DNA of 47,438 nt from Folioceros fuciformis (Eukaryota): NCBI GenBank assembly GCA_049999805.1, contig JBNGIO010006099.1:87845-135282 (forward strand), in the 5' to 3' direction. Below are positions 1-10,702 of this stretch, in pieces. The stretch's first letter is position 1. Every line of letters starts with the position of its first letter. The notes under the pieces are model-generated. The model was not told where the DNA came from. It worked only from the letters and a program-made list of their open reading frames with translations, and made no database searches. The position numbers and the translations under genes were made by a program.

Positions 1-84
1 CATAAATCTAAGCCTTTTATATCCGAAAAGCCTCCAAATTACTTTATTCATCTTTCATCATTGTCTGACCATTTAATTAACCCT

Positions 85-309
85 AAACCAGTTAATTAGA
101 TGAAACTAGCAAGGTAACATTATAGAAAAAATTAGATGCTTTCCTTTTCAGGTCAACAATTGACGAAAATGTAGTTCATCATGTAACAAATTTCGTTCTG
201 GCCCTCATTGGCCTTATACGAAAATGATGGAGCCAAATTTGCAACTCATTCTACAAGTTATATGATGTTCAACTAATGCAATGTTCTAAAGATACTTGCT
301 CCAAGTACC
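85..309. repeat. AT-rich dispersed repeat, copy 1, cut by the copia LTR at 310
   Basis: Aligns by eye with 9432-9655 (taattagatgaaactagcaagg...agttcatcatgtaacaaa...ctacaagttatatgatgttcaact...acc). Similarity stops exactly where tgttgag begins. Confidence 0.85.
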
Positions 310-485
310 TGTTGAGGGTTAGATTAACCCTGTGTTAGTTAACCTACCTAGGGCTAGTTGATCTACGTGGTTAGTTTAATGAGATTTTAATTTAAGGAAC
401 ATGTACTTTGTTATTTCATAATATATAATCATTTTTGCTTGTCTCATAGCCTAAGTCTTTCTTTACCTTCATGCTTCCGCAAACA
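310..485 (+). repeat. 5' LTR of the outer copia element (176 bp)
   Basis: Starts tgttgag at the break in the flanking repeat and ends cttccgcaaaca immediately before the PBS. There is no partner LTR to confirm it. Confidence 0.75.
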
Positions 486-498
486 TGGTATCAGAGCC
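486..498 (+). promoter_or_regulatory. Primer binding site (tRNA-iMet), outer element
   Basis: tggtatcagagcc. Confidence 0.9.
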
Positions 499-1444
499 AT
501 GTATCTGGTGTGATTAGTTTGTCCTTGAAGTTTGGGATATTGTAATACGATGTCTTCCATTCTAGGTCTTTGGACTTTTAAAATCAATTTGTGTAGTGAT
601 ATGCATAAATAGTTGGGCCTATGTTTATTCTATTTTTGTGAGATCTAGAATGCTTCAGCAAGTGTTATAATTTATGAAACACAGTCTGACGACTAGAAGC
701 TTTTAGATCAAATGTTGGAATGGCACAGGGCAGGCAATGGTTCCCAGTGGAGCTGCTGCCACAGTCTATGATCAATGAGTTTGTATCTGAAGATTGTTTG
801 CCCAGCAGGCGAGATTAGTTTTGTAGAAATTCAAGACTGGTCACAAATTTGCGACAGCACGACCTTCCGTCGGCTACCTTTTTGGGTGGTAATTCTGCAA
901 GAGACTTATATCTGAATCACACTGCTTGTAAAGGTTGCTCTAGAGCAAAGGCGGTTGATCCTGTGTTACCTGATCTAATTGCGAGATTTGATTCTATAAT
1001 TTCCCTATTGCGACGCGTTCTAGATGGCCAACGGGTTCCGACGTCACAGCTCAGTCATTTGAAACGTGGGATTGCTTCATTAATCAAGGAACGTGGTAAA
1101 ACAAGAGATCATGTTGATTTCTCACCCACAATTTTGAGCTGTGATTGTTCTATGCATGCGTCGGTGGCCTGTACCGGGTCAGTTGATCATTGCGCCATCG
1201 CCCAAGCATTGAGATTTGTAAGTTCAAACTAGCATAGGGGTACATATGAAGCGTCGCTATTAAGGATTGTTGTCGCTCTTGTGCTGGCCGCTGTTCTGCT
1301 GAAACGACACAAAACAGAGTTAGTTAGTCGTTTCGGTTAGCATTATCTCGTTTGTGTCGTTTCGTTGTTTTGGTGATTCTGAAACATTATGGGATTATTT
1401 GCTGTTAGTGATCTGTCCCTGGCTCTATTAAGTGCGGCTATTGG

Positions 1445-2006
1445 ATGGATGAGGACCTTGACACTTTGGCTCGTTTAAAGCTTGGTCCCTCAGATCCTTT
1501 TGTTGCGTCTAGTTTCAATACTAGCACAACACAGCCTCTAGTCTCTACGGCTAGTTCTTTGCTGTTAGTTCCTTCTATAGCACTTGTTACATCAAGCTTT
1601 GGCGGAGACATTAAGGAAAAAAATCATTTTGATGGCAAACTTGGGTTTGCCATCAAAATGATGGGTTTAGGGTCCCTAAACCCGCCTATGGATCACCCAA
1701 TGAGATAGCGAAATGGAACAGAGGAAATAAGGTTGCATTTGCCATTCTTCTATCAGGGTTGGATGAAACTACTATAACAAAGGTGGAGTTCCTTGGCTCT
1801 ACAGCTTCTGTTTGGAGTCAACTTCAGGACACCTACCAAGTGCAGAATATTTTAACATAAGTTGTTGCTAGAAATGAGTTTTTTGGTTTGAGGTTGAAAG
1901 AAGGAGATTCAGTGGGAGCACACGTCACTCGTTTGCGTTACCTGCGAGATCAGTTAGTAGCATTGGGTAGCAAGATGACGGAGTTGGACGTGACTGCTCA
2001 ACTTTT
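1445..2006 (+). pseudogene. Outer copia gag, 5' part
   Basis: Degenerate gag/UBN2-type sequence (KVAFAILLSGLDE...SVWSQLQDTY...FFGLRLKEGDSVGAHVTRL) with stops and indels. Confidence 0.8.
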
Positions 2007-2237
2007 TGTTGTTACCACTCTAGCGGCGCCGACAGAAAGGAGCAAGAGAAGTTTAGGGCACGGTTCAATTTAGAGTTATACGACTAACTCCGGCAGTTAT
2101 TAGATATAGTTAAAATGACCAAAACAGTTAAGCAGTTTAGGCGATCCAACCACGACGGTTTAACCGCAAACTAGAGCTACTTAAGACAGGCCCTCAACAA
2201 TAATAATTATTCTTTTCTCTCGCCACAAGTTTCTAAA
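2007..2237 (+). repeat. 5' LTR of the inner copia element (231 bp)
   Basis: tgttgttacc...tttctaaa; about 94% identical to 7333-7562 by hand count. Confidence 0.95.
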
Positions 2238-2250
2238 TGGTATCAGAGCC
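2238..2250 (+). promoter_or_regulatory. Primer binding site (tRNA-iMet), inner element
   Basis: tggtatcagagcc directly after the LTR. Confidence 0.93.
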
Positions 2251-2644
2251 GCGTTGCTCCTCACTGCGCGTTTCCTGCTTCAGCACTCAAGGCCCGAGCC
2301 TTTGAGCCTAGGCCCCATNNNNNNNNNNNNNNNNNNNNNNNNNNNNNNNNNNNNNNNNNNNNNNNNNNNNNNNNNNNNNNNNNNNNNNNNNNNNNNNNNN
2401 NNNNNNNNNNNNNNNNNNCGACCACACAAGGCGCTCACCATACAGCGAACTCTCACGACCACACCTCGAATTCTTCCCCGAGGATAACCTTCGAATCCAA
2501 ATCGTTCGACTCGAATCTCAGGTGGAAACAATAATCGCCATCATGCGCGACCTGTTCGTAGTCCATCGCCAATAAGACGGACGTTGCACACGCCCGCCTT
2601 CGATCCCCTGTCGAAGCACAATCTCCAGGGAAGAAAACAAGCTG

Positions 2645-5600
2645 ATGACGACCAATCCAGTTGTCAGTACATCGATCGTCAACACCACGAAAGTGGAATT
2701 CAGGGACCGAGACCGGTTCACTGCAAGTGACTACGATACCTGGCAGATGTGAATCACAGCACTTCTGGATGAGCACGATCTCATGGGAATCGTCGAAGGC
2801 ACAATCCCCAAACCCACGACTGCAGTAGGTGCTTCCGCCGACCAAATCGCAACCTGGGTAAAGAAAGACAAAAGGGCAATCAGTATCCTATTCTCAGCAC
2901 TCGACAAGAACATGCTCCAACATACTCAAGGCCAAAAGACAGCCCACAAGATCTAGAAGGTGTTCAAGGACATGTTCGCAGCACAAAGCTCCCTGTCGAT
3001 AGTAAACCCCACACGGCAATTTTACCTATTGAGAATGAAGGAAAGTGAGACAATAGAGCAACACGTACACAACTTCATATCAGCTTGAGCAAAGCTCGCA
3101 TCTAGTGGTACCACGCTCAACGAGTACCAAGCAGCAGTTGCGCTACTAACATCCCTTCCTGCATCATACAGAACATTTGTAAGCTCGCAAAGCTTAGCCC
3201 TTCGTCAGGCCCAAAGCACAGCTCAATCTGCATACACTTTCGCAGAAGCTCTTGGCGACTCCTGGAAGAAGAAGCCAGTCGGACAACAACCCGAAGGCAC
3301 ACTAGCGGACCCAATCATGCACTCTTCACATCAAGAGGCCACGGAGTTTGCAGAGGAGGTTTTCGCAACAGCTCCTCAATTCACAGGCCACCTGGACAAA
3401 TAACACAAGGCAACTTTATCCCCAGCAATCACTTCACCAACAGACAGCCACTAAAGTGCACCTGCAACTGGTGTAGAATACCAGGTCATTTCGAATACAA
3501 ATGTAGGAAGAAGCAAAACGAAGAGCCGAGGAGAGATTTACCTAGAGCTAAGTCCCATCTCACAGCTTCGAAGCCAACTCCAGCAAACTCCATTTTGGCA
3601 ATGTGTCTCACGCTGACAAGGACAGACATGACACGATGGTTCCTCGATTCCGGAGCCACCACACACATCTGCAGTGGTAAGGACATGTTCAGCACCTACC
3701 ACGTCGTACTCTCTGATCAACACGTTTTGCTAGGAGACGACAGCGCCCTCTCAGTCAAGGGAACTGGAGACGTTCAACTCAAGTTATCAAATGGCGAGAT
3801 ACTTACTATCAACGGTGTACTCCACGTCCCCACGACGAAGAAGCTTGCCACAGAACACAGCCTGGTAATCATCTTCCAAGGTAACCACTGCACCATTCAC
3901 CACTCAAGTGACCCTAGTAGCACAGCCTTAGCTCACGGCCTTCCCTATAATGACCTCTACCTCCTGAACATACAGTCCTTCTCCTCTCTCCTTGCCGATG
4001 GAACAACCTACAGCCCACACAATGAGTCACTCCTCTGGCATTGTAGAGCTGGACACATGAAGCCCCGATACTTAAATCAACTTGCAAACTCAGACATGTA
4101 CAGAGACCCTGTCAACATTAAAGTCCCCTCAGACTTCTTTTGTGAAGTATGTCAGTACACAAAACTCAACCAACTCCCCTTTTCAAATACAAATCCAACT
4201 CATGCACGTAAACTCCTAGAGGTCATCCATTCCGATATTTGTGGCCCGATGAGCACTACTTCCTTCGGAGGGCACCAGTACTTCATCACCTTCCTAGGTG
4301 GGTGGAGCCGTTACTGTCATATCTTCTTTTTGAAGTACAAGAGTGAAGCCCTTACCCGTTTCCAGGAGTTTGTCTCATTAGCCGAACGCCATATTGGATT
4401 CCAAGTCTCGACCCTACGTACAGACAACGGAGGCAAATATATTAGTCATGATTTTCAGCAGTTTTGCAAAACCCAAGGTATTCAACGCCAGTACACAGTA
4501 CCTCATACACCCCAACAGAACCCATTCGCAGAAAGGCTCAATAGGTCTATACTTGAGATATCCAGGTCACTCCTTAAACTCTCAGGCCTCTCCCAAGGGT
4601 ACTGGGCAGAAGCTTCTTCTACTACCATTTATCTGAAGAACCGTCTGCCCACTAAGGAATTACCAAACACCACACCTTTTGAGCATTGGACAAGCCATAA
4701 GCCTCGTATCTCCCACCTACGGATCTTTGGTAGCCCAGCTTTTGCCCATATATCAGATGACATTAGAAGAAAATGGGACGACAAAGGGAAAAAGCTTATG
4801 TTTATCGAATACTCAGATAAGGTCAAAGCCTACAAACTCTTTGACCCTTCCACCGGAGAGGTAACCCTCTCCCGCAGTGTGCACTTCAATGAATCCCACA
4901 TCCTTAACACTTACCTCCACAGTCTCACAACTGCCTCACCACTTCCCACTGCTGGCTCGTCCCCTCTTGACCTTGAGGAGGGCACATACGATGCCAATCC
5001 CTCATCTTTTCTTCAAGATCAAGAGGTTGCTCCACTAGCTGTCAACCCTGAACAAGATGAACCGTTAGCACCAGAGGTAACCTTGCAAGTCCCCGACCAG
5101 GCAAATCAGCAAACACCAGAGGTAACTACCCACCAAACTATAGCCCATTCAGTCCCATCACAGCCCTTTTCTCAGGATGCACAAACTCCCTGGCGATCCT
5201 CCAGGAACAGGCCACCAAGAGAAGAATGGAAGGATCCGCCCTACACACTTGGAGACACGTTGATTGGCAGAACCCCAACTTCAGCAAAGCCTACATCCAC
5301 AGACACACACGAGCAAGTGGATCAGCTACACTCCATCATTCACAAGGCATACTCAGCTATCGAAATGCAGGGAGTTCCCCTAACAATCGAAGAAGCCCTA
5401 AGCATACCCGAATGGAAGGCAGCAGCGCAATTAGAGTACGACTCACTCATTTCCAATAAAACTTGGATTCTCACTGATTTACCATATGGCAGAAAGCCCA
5501 TCTCCTGCAAATGGACTTTCCGAAGACAGTTGAATCCCAATGGAAGTGTCTCAAGACACAAGGCGAGGCTCGTAGCTCGCAGATTCACACAAATCCCAGG

Positions 5601-6982
5601 TTTTGACTATGAGGAAAGCTTGCAAGCTCTTCAGTCCAGTGGTGAAAGCAACATTAATTTGGATTCTCTTGGCCTTTGCTGCACAGCACAAACTCGACAT
5701 TCATCAGGTCGACATCAAAACAACATTCCTGTACGGAACCTTACATGAGGAAATATACATCTTGTAGCCACCTGGATTTGTCCAGGACCAACGAAAGGTT
5801 TGCAAGCTGTTAAAATCACTCTACGGCCTTAAGCAATCGGCACAGGTCTGGAACGAGACAGTCGACCTGTACCTCAAGAAATGTGGCTTCACACCCCTCT
5901 CAGCCGACTCAAGTGTCTACATGCTAATGAAGGACAAAAACAAGTACGTTATTGTTACCTTGTACGTGGATGACAACTTCATCTTCGGTACTGACCCACA
6001 GCTGATTCAACACGTTAAAAACCTGCTCACCAAAGAGTATGAGGTGGCTGACATAGGCACCCTGAGGTACGCCCTTGGAGTCCAGTTTGAAAGGAACACA
6101 GACGAGCACTCCTTCTTCATACATCAGGAACACTACGTCGAGCAACTTCTCACCAGATTCAACCTGCAAGACGCAAAGCCAGTATCTACTCCCATGGCCA
6201 CGTGGCAGAAGGTGTCAGCCCTAGACAGTCCTACAACACGTGTGCAAGCAGAAGAAATGGCGAACATGCCCTACAACGAGGCTGTAGGAAGCCTACTTTA
6301 CCTTTCCATCAGGACGAGACCAGACATCGCCCAGGCAGTAAATGTGACGTCGAGGTATCTGTCCAACCCTAGCATGGCGCACTGGACCTGCGTGAAGAGA
6401 ATCCTACGTTACTTGAAGGGAACAAAATCACTCGGGATAGTATATAGAAGTGACTCCAGTACCCATAAGTGCCTACTAACCTCTTTTTCAGATGCAGACT
6501 AGGCTGGAGACCCAGACGCCCGTAAATCCACCTCTGCATACTGTATGATGATAAACAAGAGCGCCATCTCCTGGGCATGCAAGAAGATGCAGACAGTATG
6601 CCTGTCATCAACAGAAGCGGAGTATGCAGCCACATCTCTGGCTACAAAAGAGATACTCTGGATCCGCCAGTTCCTGCACAACATACACGAAGATCAGGAA
6701 TAGCCCACGGAGCTGCATTGCGATAACCAGTTAGCAATCGCTATGACCTTGAACCCTATCCTACACGCAAGAACAAAGCATGTGGAGATCCAGCACCACT
6801 TCATCTGACAAGTGGTGGCTAACAAGCATGTAAAGCTCAAGTACGTGAGCACAGCCGATAACACAGCCGACCTCTTGACGAAAGGACTCACAAAGCAACT
6901 CCATCTCAAGCACGTCCAAGGCATCGGCCTACACAAAAGAGAGACTTATCTCAAGGCAGTCGAGCAGCCAGAGACAGGGTGA
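2645..6982 (+). pseudogene. Inner copia gag-pol polyprotein, disrupted
   Basis: gag (DYDTWQM*ITALLDEHDLMGIVEG), CCHC (CNWCRIPGHFEYKC), PR (WFLDSGATTHI), IN (HSDICGP, LRTDNGG, AERLNR), RT (LYVDD) and RNase H (DAD*AG, EAEY, ADLLTK). Carries several in-frame stops and frameshifts. Confidence 0.93.
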
Positions 6983-7323
6983 GCACCCGCAACAGTAGCA
7001 CCATCAGACGAACATTGATCAATCGTAGAGTAGAGGCAGCCTAGTCGCAGTCCTAAACCCTTCAGCACTCACGCCCACATCCTTCCGCACATGAACAGCA
7101 ACCGCATCATCTCTGCACCGCCCCTTTGCCACCTTGGGTTTTGTGGCTCCAGCATGCTCGAGACTCTCCACTCCCTCACATACGAGCTGGATGATGCAAC
7201 TCGCGAGCTGAAGCAGCTACCACATGCCAGAAAGAATACACAAAAGGAGCTGTACGCAAGCATGCACCAAGCAAGACATCCAACCGAGACTGATCGTTTT
7301 CCTTCACACTCCTTGTCCGCGGC

Positions 7324-7332
7324 GAGGGGGAG
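7324..7332 (+). promoter_or_regulatory. Polypurine tract of the inner element
   Basis: gagggggag abutting the TG of the 3' LTR. Confidence 0.88.
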
Positions 7333-7562
7333 TGTTGTTACCACTCTGGCGGCACCGACAGAAAGGAGCAAGAGAAGTTTAGGGCACGGTTCAGCTTAGA
7401 GTTATACGACTAACTCCAGCAGTTATTAGATATAGTTAAAACGACCAAACAGTTAAGCAGTTTAGGTGATCCAACCGCGATGGTTTAATCGCAAACTAGA
7501 GCTACTTAAGACAGACCCTCAACAATAATAATCATTCTTTTCTCTCGCCACAGGTTTCTAAA
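7333..7562 (+). repeat. 3' LTR of the inner copia element (230 bp)
   Basis: Direct repeat of 2007-2237, followed by TSD ctttt. Confidence 0.95.
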
Positions 7563-7567
7563 CTTTT

Positions 7568-9090
7568 ATCCAGCTTGCCTTCATCCTACCAAAATTTCGT
7601 CTCTAGCCAAAACTCCAACTTGAGAGACGTGTAAAAGAAGAAGCTGCTGGTTGCCCTTCAACTTTGAGCTTGAATGAGGTGGTTGGTGCCCTTCTGCAAA
7701 AAGAATAGAGTCGTCACAGATCAGGCTCTTCTCCCCTTAGGGGTGAGAAGGTCCTTTATGCCAAGTCTAAAGGAACATGGAAGAGTAAAGTAAAAGGAAA
7801 ACAAGAGCAATAGATGTTTCAACCTGGTCAGTCTGTGGGCTTAACTTCCTCATCTTCCATTAAGCGCTAGGGTAATTGTAATTGGTGCGGAATTTCTGGC
7901 CATTGGGAAAGAGATTGTAAGAAGAAAAAGGCAGGATTTCCAAAGCGAGAGGTCAAGCCTGAAGTTCACGTAGCATCAAAGGATTCTAGGAACTCAGGCC
8001 TCCCCTCTCTTTTACCTCAGCGCAGCAGTACTACGTTGACAGTTTGTGTGACTTACTCAGCGGAGGGGCTATCTCATTGGTTTGTTGATTCTAGAGCAAC
8101 TACTCATGTCTGCAACAATCGAGATCAGTTCTCCGTGTTTCACTCATAGTCCACTCCACAATCTGTCTTTGTGGGTGATTCCCGAGCCATATAAGTTAAG
8201 GGTTCGGGTCTGATACAGTTACCCTTATCAAATGAATCTTCTCTTATCGTAGAGAATGTTTTGTATGTACTTAATATGAGCAAAAACTTGCTATCAATAC
8301 GTGCTTTTGGTCACAGCATAAGATATGGGTTTAACTTTGAAGATAAGAGCTGATACATTTACTTGTTGTCTAATCCTGATAACTGTATAACCAGGGCTAC
8401 TCTTGTTGATGACATGTATCAATTAGACACAATTTCCAAGAGTAACATTTGAGCTTTCCTGTTATCTATTAGTGTTCAGGCTCACCTTTGGCATGCACGC
8501 TTGGGTCATGTCAACCGTTCCAAGTTAGATTTGATGGCTCAGTCAGACTGTTTCAATGAACGTCTTCCTTCTTGCTTTAAGCACTTGCCTGTCTGCAGCT
8601 CTTGTGCCTTATCCAAGCAAAACGAGCTTGCTTTTCCTAAATCAGCAACACCTACAAGGGGTATTTTGGACTTAATCCATGTAGATATTGCTGGCAAATT
8701 ACCCATCAAATCACTTGGAGGGGCGGAGTATTATCTCACCTTCACAGATGATTACTCTCATTACACTTGGACTTTTCCCTTGGTTGTGAAGAGTGAAGTT
8801 TATGATAAGCTTTCAACTTGGATTCAACGTTAGATAGGGCAACAAGTTAAGTGTTTCCGTACTAATAATGGTGGTGAGTTCCCAGGCAAGAATGTGGATG
8901 ATCTATTTCAACAATACGGAATTACCAGGCAGATGTCCATCCCTTATACTCAACAGCAGAATGGAGTGGCAGAGAGGAAAAACTAGAGTTTGATGGGCAT
9001 GGTCCGTAGTATGTTGTCTTGGTCCTCACTCTTGAAATCTTATTGGGCTGAAGTGATAGTTAATGCTACACATTCTCTAAACAGAGTTCT
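7568..9090 (+). pseudogene. Outer copia gag(3')-protease-integrase remnant
   Basis: SSLPSSYQNF, CCHC knuckle, WFVDS, LWHARLGHVN, CSSC, LDLIHVDIAG, RTNNGGEF, QQNGVAERKN and YWAEV motifs, with many stops. Confidence 0.88.
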
Positions 9091-9120
9091 TTCTTACATA
9101 TACTCTAAATAGAGTTCTTA

Positions 9121-9285
9121 CCAGACATGCTAGCCGACCAGCAATCGTGGCCGGTGGCAAGAGCTCGCGCATTGGTGCAGGCGCATCTTGCAAGGTGCAG
9201 TGGGCGGGCAATTGGAACACGTGACCTGCCCGGAAGAGGTACAAGGAAGAGGTAGCAGCCCTAGCCTTGAGATGCTCAAAGCTTG
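9121..9285. repeat. GC-rich repeat, copy 1 (diverged)
   Basis: Matches 10523-10702 (cgtggccggtggcaagagctc...ggaacacgtgacctgcccggaagaggtaca...gtagcagccctagccttgag). Confidence 0.88.
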
Positions 9286-9431
9286 TTCATTATTGTTGGA
9301 TGGAAGAAGATTTATTATCAATAGACGGCAACGAGTATGATTAATACTAATGAATGAGCTTGTTCATTATTGCTCAATAGCATAAACCAACAATTCTAAA
9401 TTACTAAATAAGAACGCATTACGAAGTTTTC

Positions 9432-9655
9432 AAACCATTTTAATTAGATGAAACTAGCAAGGTGCCATTACAGAAAAAATTAGACACTTTCCTTTTCATG
9501 TCAACAACTGGTGAAAATCTAGTTCATCATGTAACAAACTTCGTTTTGGCCTTCATTGGCCTAACACAAAAAGATGGGAGCCAAATTTACAGCTCTCTAC
9601 AAGTTATATGATGTTCAACTGATGCAAAGTTCCAAAGATACCTGTACCAAATACC
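9432..9655. repeat. AT-rich dispersed repeat, copy 2 (uninterrupted)
   Basis: Aligns with 85-309. Confidence 0.85.
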
Positions 9656-10242
9656 AAGATGGATTTAATTGAGAACAAAGCAAGAAATCAAAATACATGA
9701 TTATGCTCAGAAACAACACTTACTCGACCCAACCAACACAATAATGATAATGTAAATGGCCCATTTGTGTTTGAGATTTAGCATCCAAGAAGTCTTGGAA
9801 CCTTTAATGCGTTCCTTAGGAACCTGCAATTGATTCCTAAAACCTCGCTTTCGCAATTTAGCGTCAGCTGCTTGCGTGAACCGCTTTGATGTCGTCTACA
9901 ATGAAACATCATCTCTAATCAGATTCTAATACATGACTCGTTTCAAGTCATGACTTGATCACTTATAAGACGAGAAAAGTGCAAGAACCAAACAACGAAC
10001 TGTGAATGGAATAGTTACCATTATTTGAACTTGGAGGACTACAAAATAATTGTCACAAATCGACCGGAGTAATTCACTCCTTGCATAACTTCAAAATTAC
10101 TCCTTGCATAACTTCAAATGATCTGTTGAGTGACAAATCAATGGACCTTCCCTACATATATAGTGTTACATCTTTCTTTTTTTGATAGTATTCAATGATA
10201 TTCATATTTAGAAATATTTTCTTTCTTTAAATGACTCACAAT

Positions 10243-10364
10243 GACCTCAAATAATAGGTTTAGCTTGGGACCGAACCTGAAATAATAGGTTCAGGTTGGG
10301 ACCGATCCTGATTTGGCGACCTCAAATAATATTAGGTTCAGCTTGGGACCGATCCCGATTTGGC
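10243..10364. repeat. Three imperfect tandem units of about 30-45 bp
   Basis: Core aaataataggttcagcttgggaccga occurs three times, with variations. Confidence 0.8.
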
Positions 10365-10522
10365 ATGGTTGTTGGTGAGATTGTTCTCGGTATATTTCTA
10401 TTCTTGACCATCCTTACACAAACTATCCTATCTGAAGTAAAGTCGGTCATATATGTATATGAAATTAAAATCGGAAAAGGAGTTCCCAGCCAGGCAGCGG
10501 AGCACCGACCAGACCAGACCGG

Positions 10523-10702
10523 ACCGGACATGCCGGGCGGCCAGCAGTCGTGGCCGGTGGCAAGAGCTCCCGCATTGGTGCGGGCGCATCTTGCGAGGTG
10601 CAGTGAGCGGGCAGTGGGCGGGCAATCGGAACACGTGACCTGCCCGGAAGAGGTACATCCAAGGAAGGGGTAGCAGCCCTAGCCTTGAGGTGCTCAGAGC
10701 TG
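10523..10702. repeat. GC-rich repeat, copy 2
   Basis: Matches 9121-9285. Confidence 0.88.

Larger units (their letters stand above)
2007..7562 (+). mobile_element. Inner full-length Ty1/copia LTR retrotransposon (5556 bp including a 100-N gap)
   Basis: Paired LTRs, PBS, PPT, and TSD ctttt at 2002-2006 and 7563-7567. Domain order is gag-PR-IN-RT-RH. Excising it restores the outer gag frame (TAQLLSSLPSSYQNFVSSQ). Confidence 0.97.
310..9120 (+). mobile_element. Outer Ty1/copia LTR retrotransposon, 3'-truncated within integrase and interrupted by a nested element
   Basis: TG..CA LTR followed by a Met-tRNA PBS, then degenerate gag, CCHC knuckle (CNWCGISGHWERDC), protease (WFVDSRATTHVC) and integrase motifs in copia order. 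No RT, RNase H or 3' LTR is present. Confidence 0.9.

Noticed and set aside
2319..2418. ORFs spanning the N run in the inner element's 5' UTR
   Set aside because: Artefacts of translating through an assembly gap.
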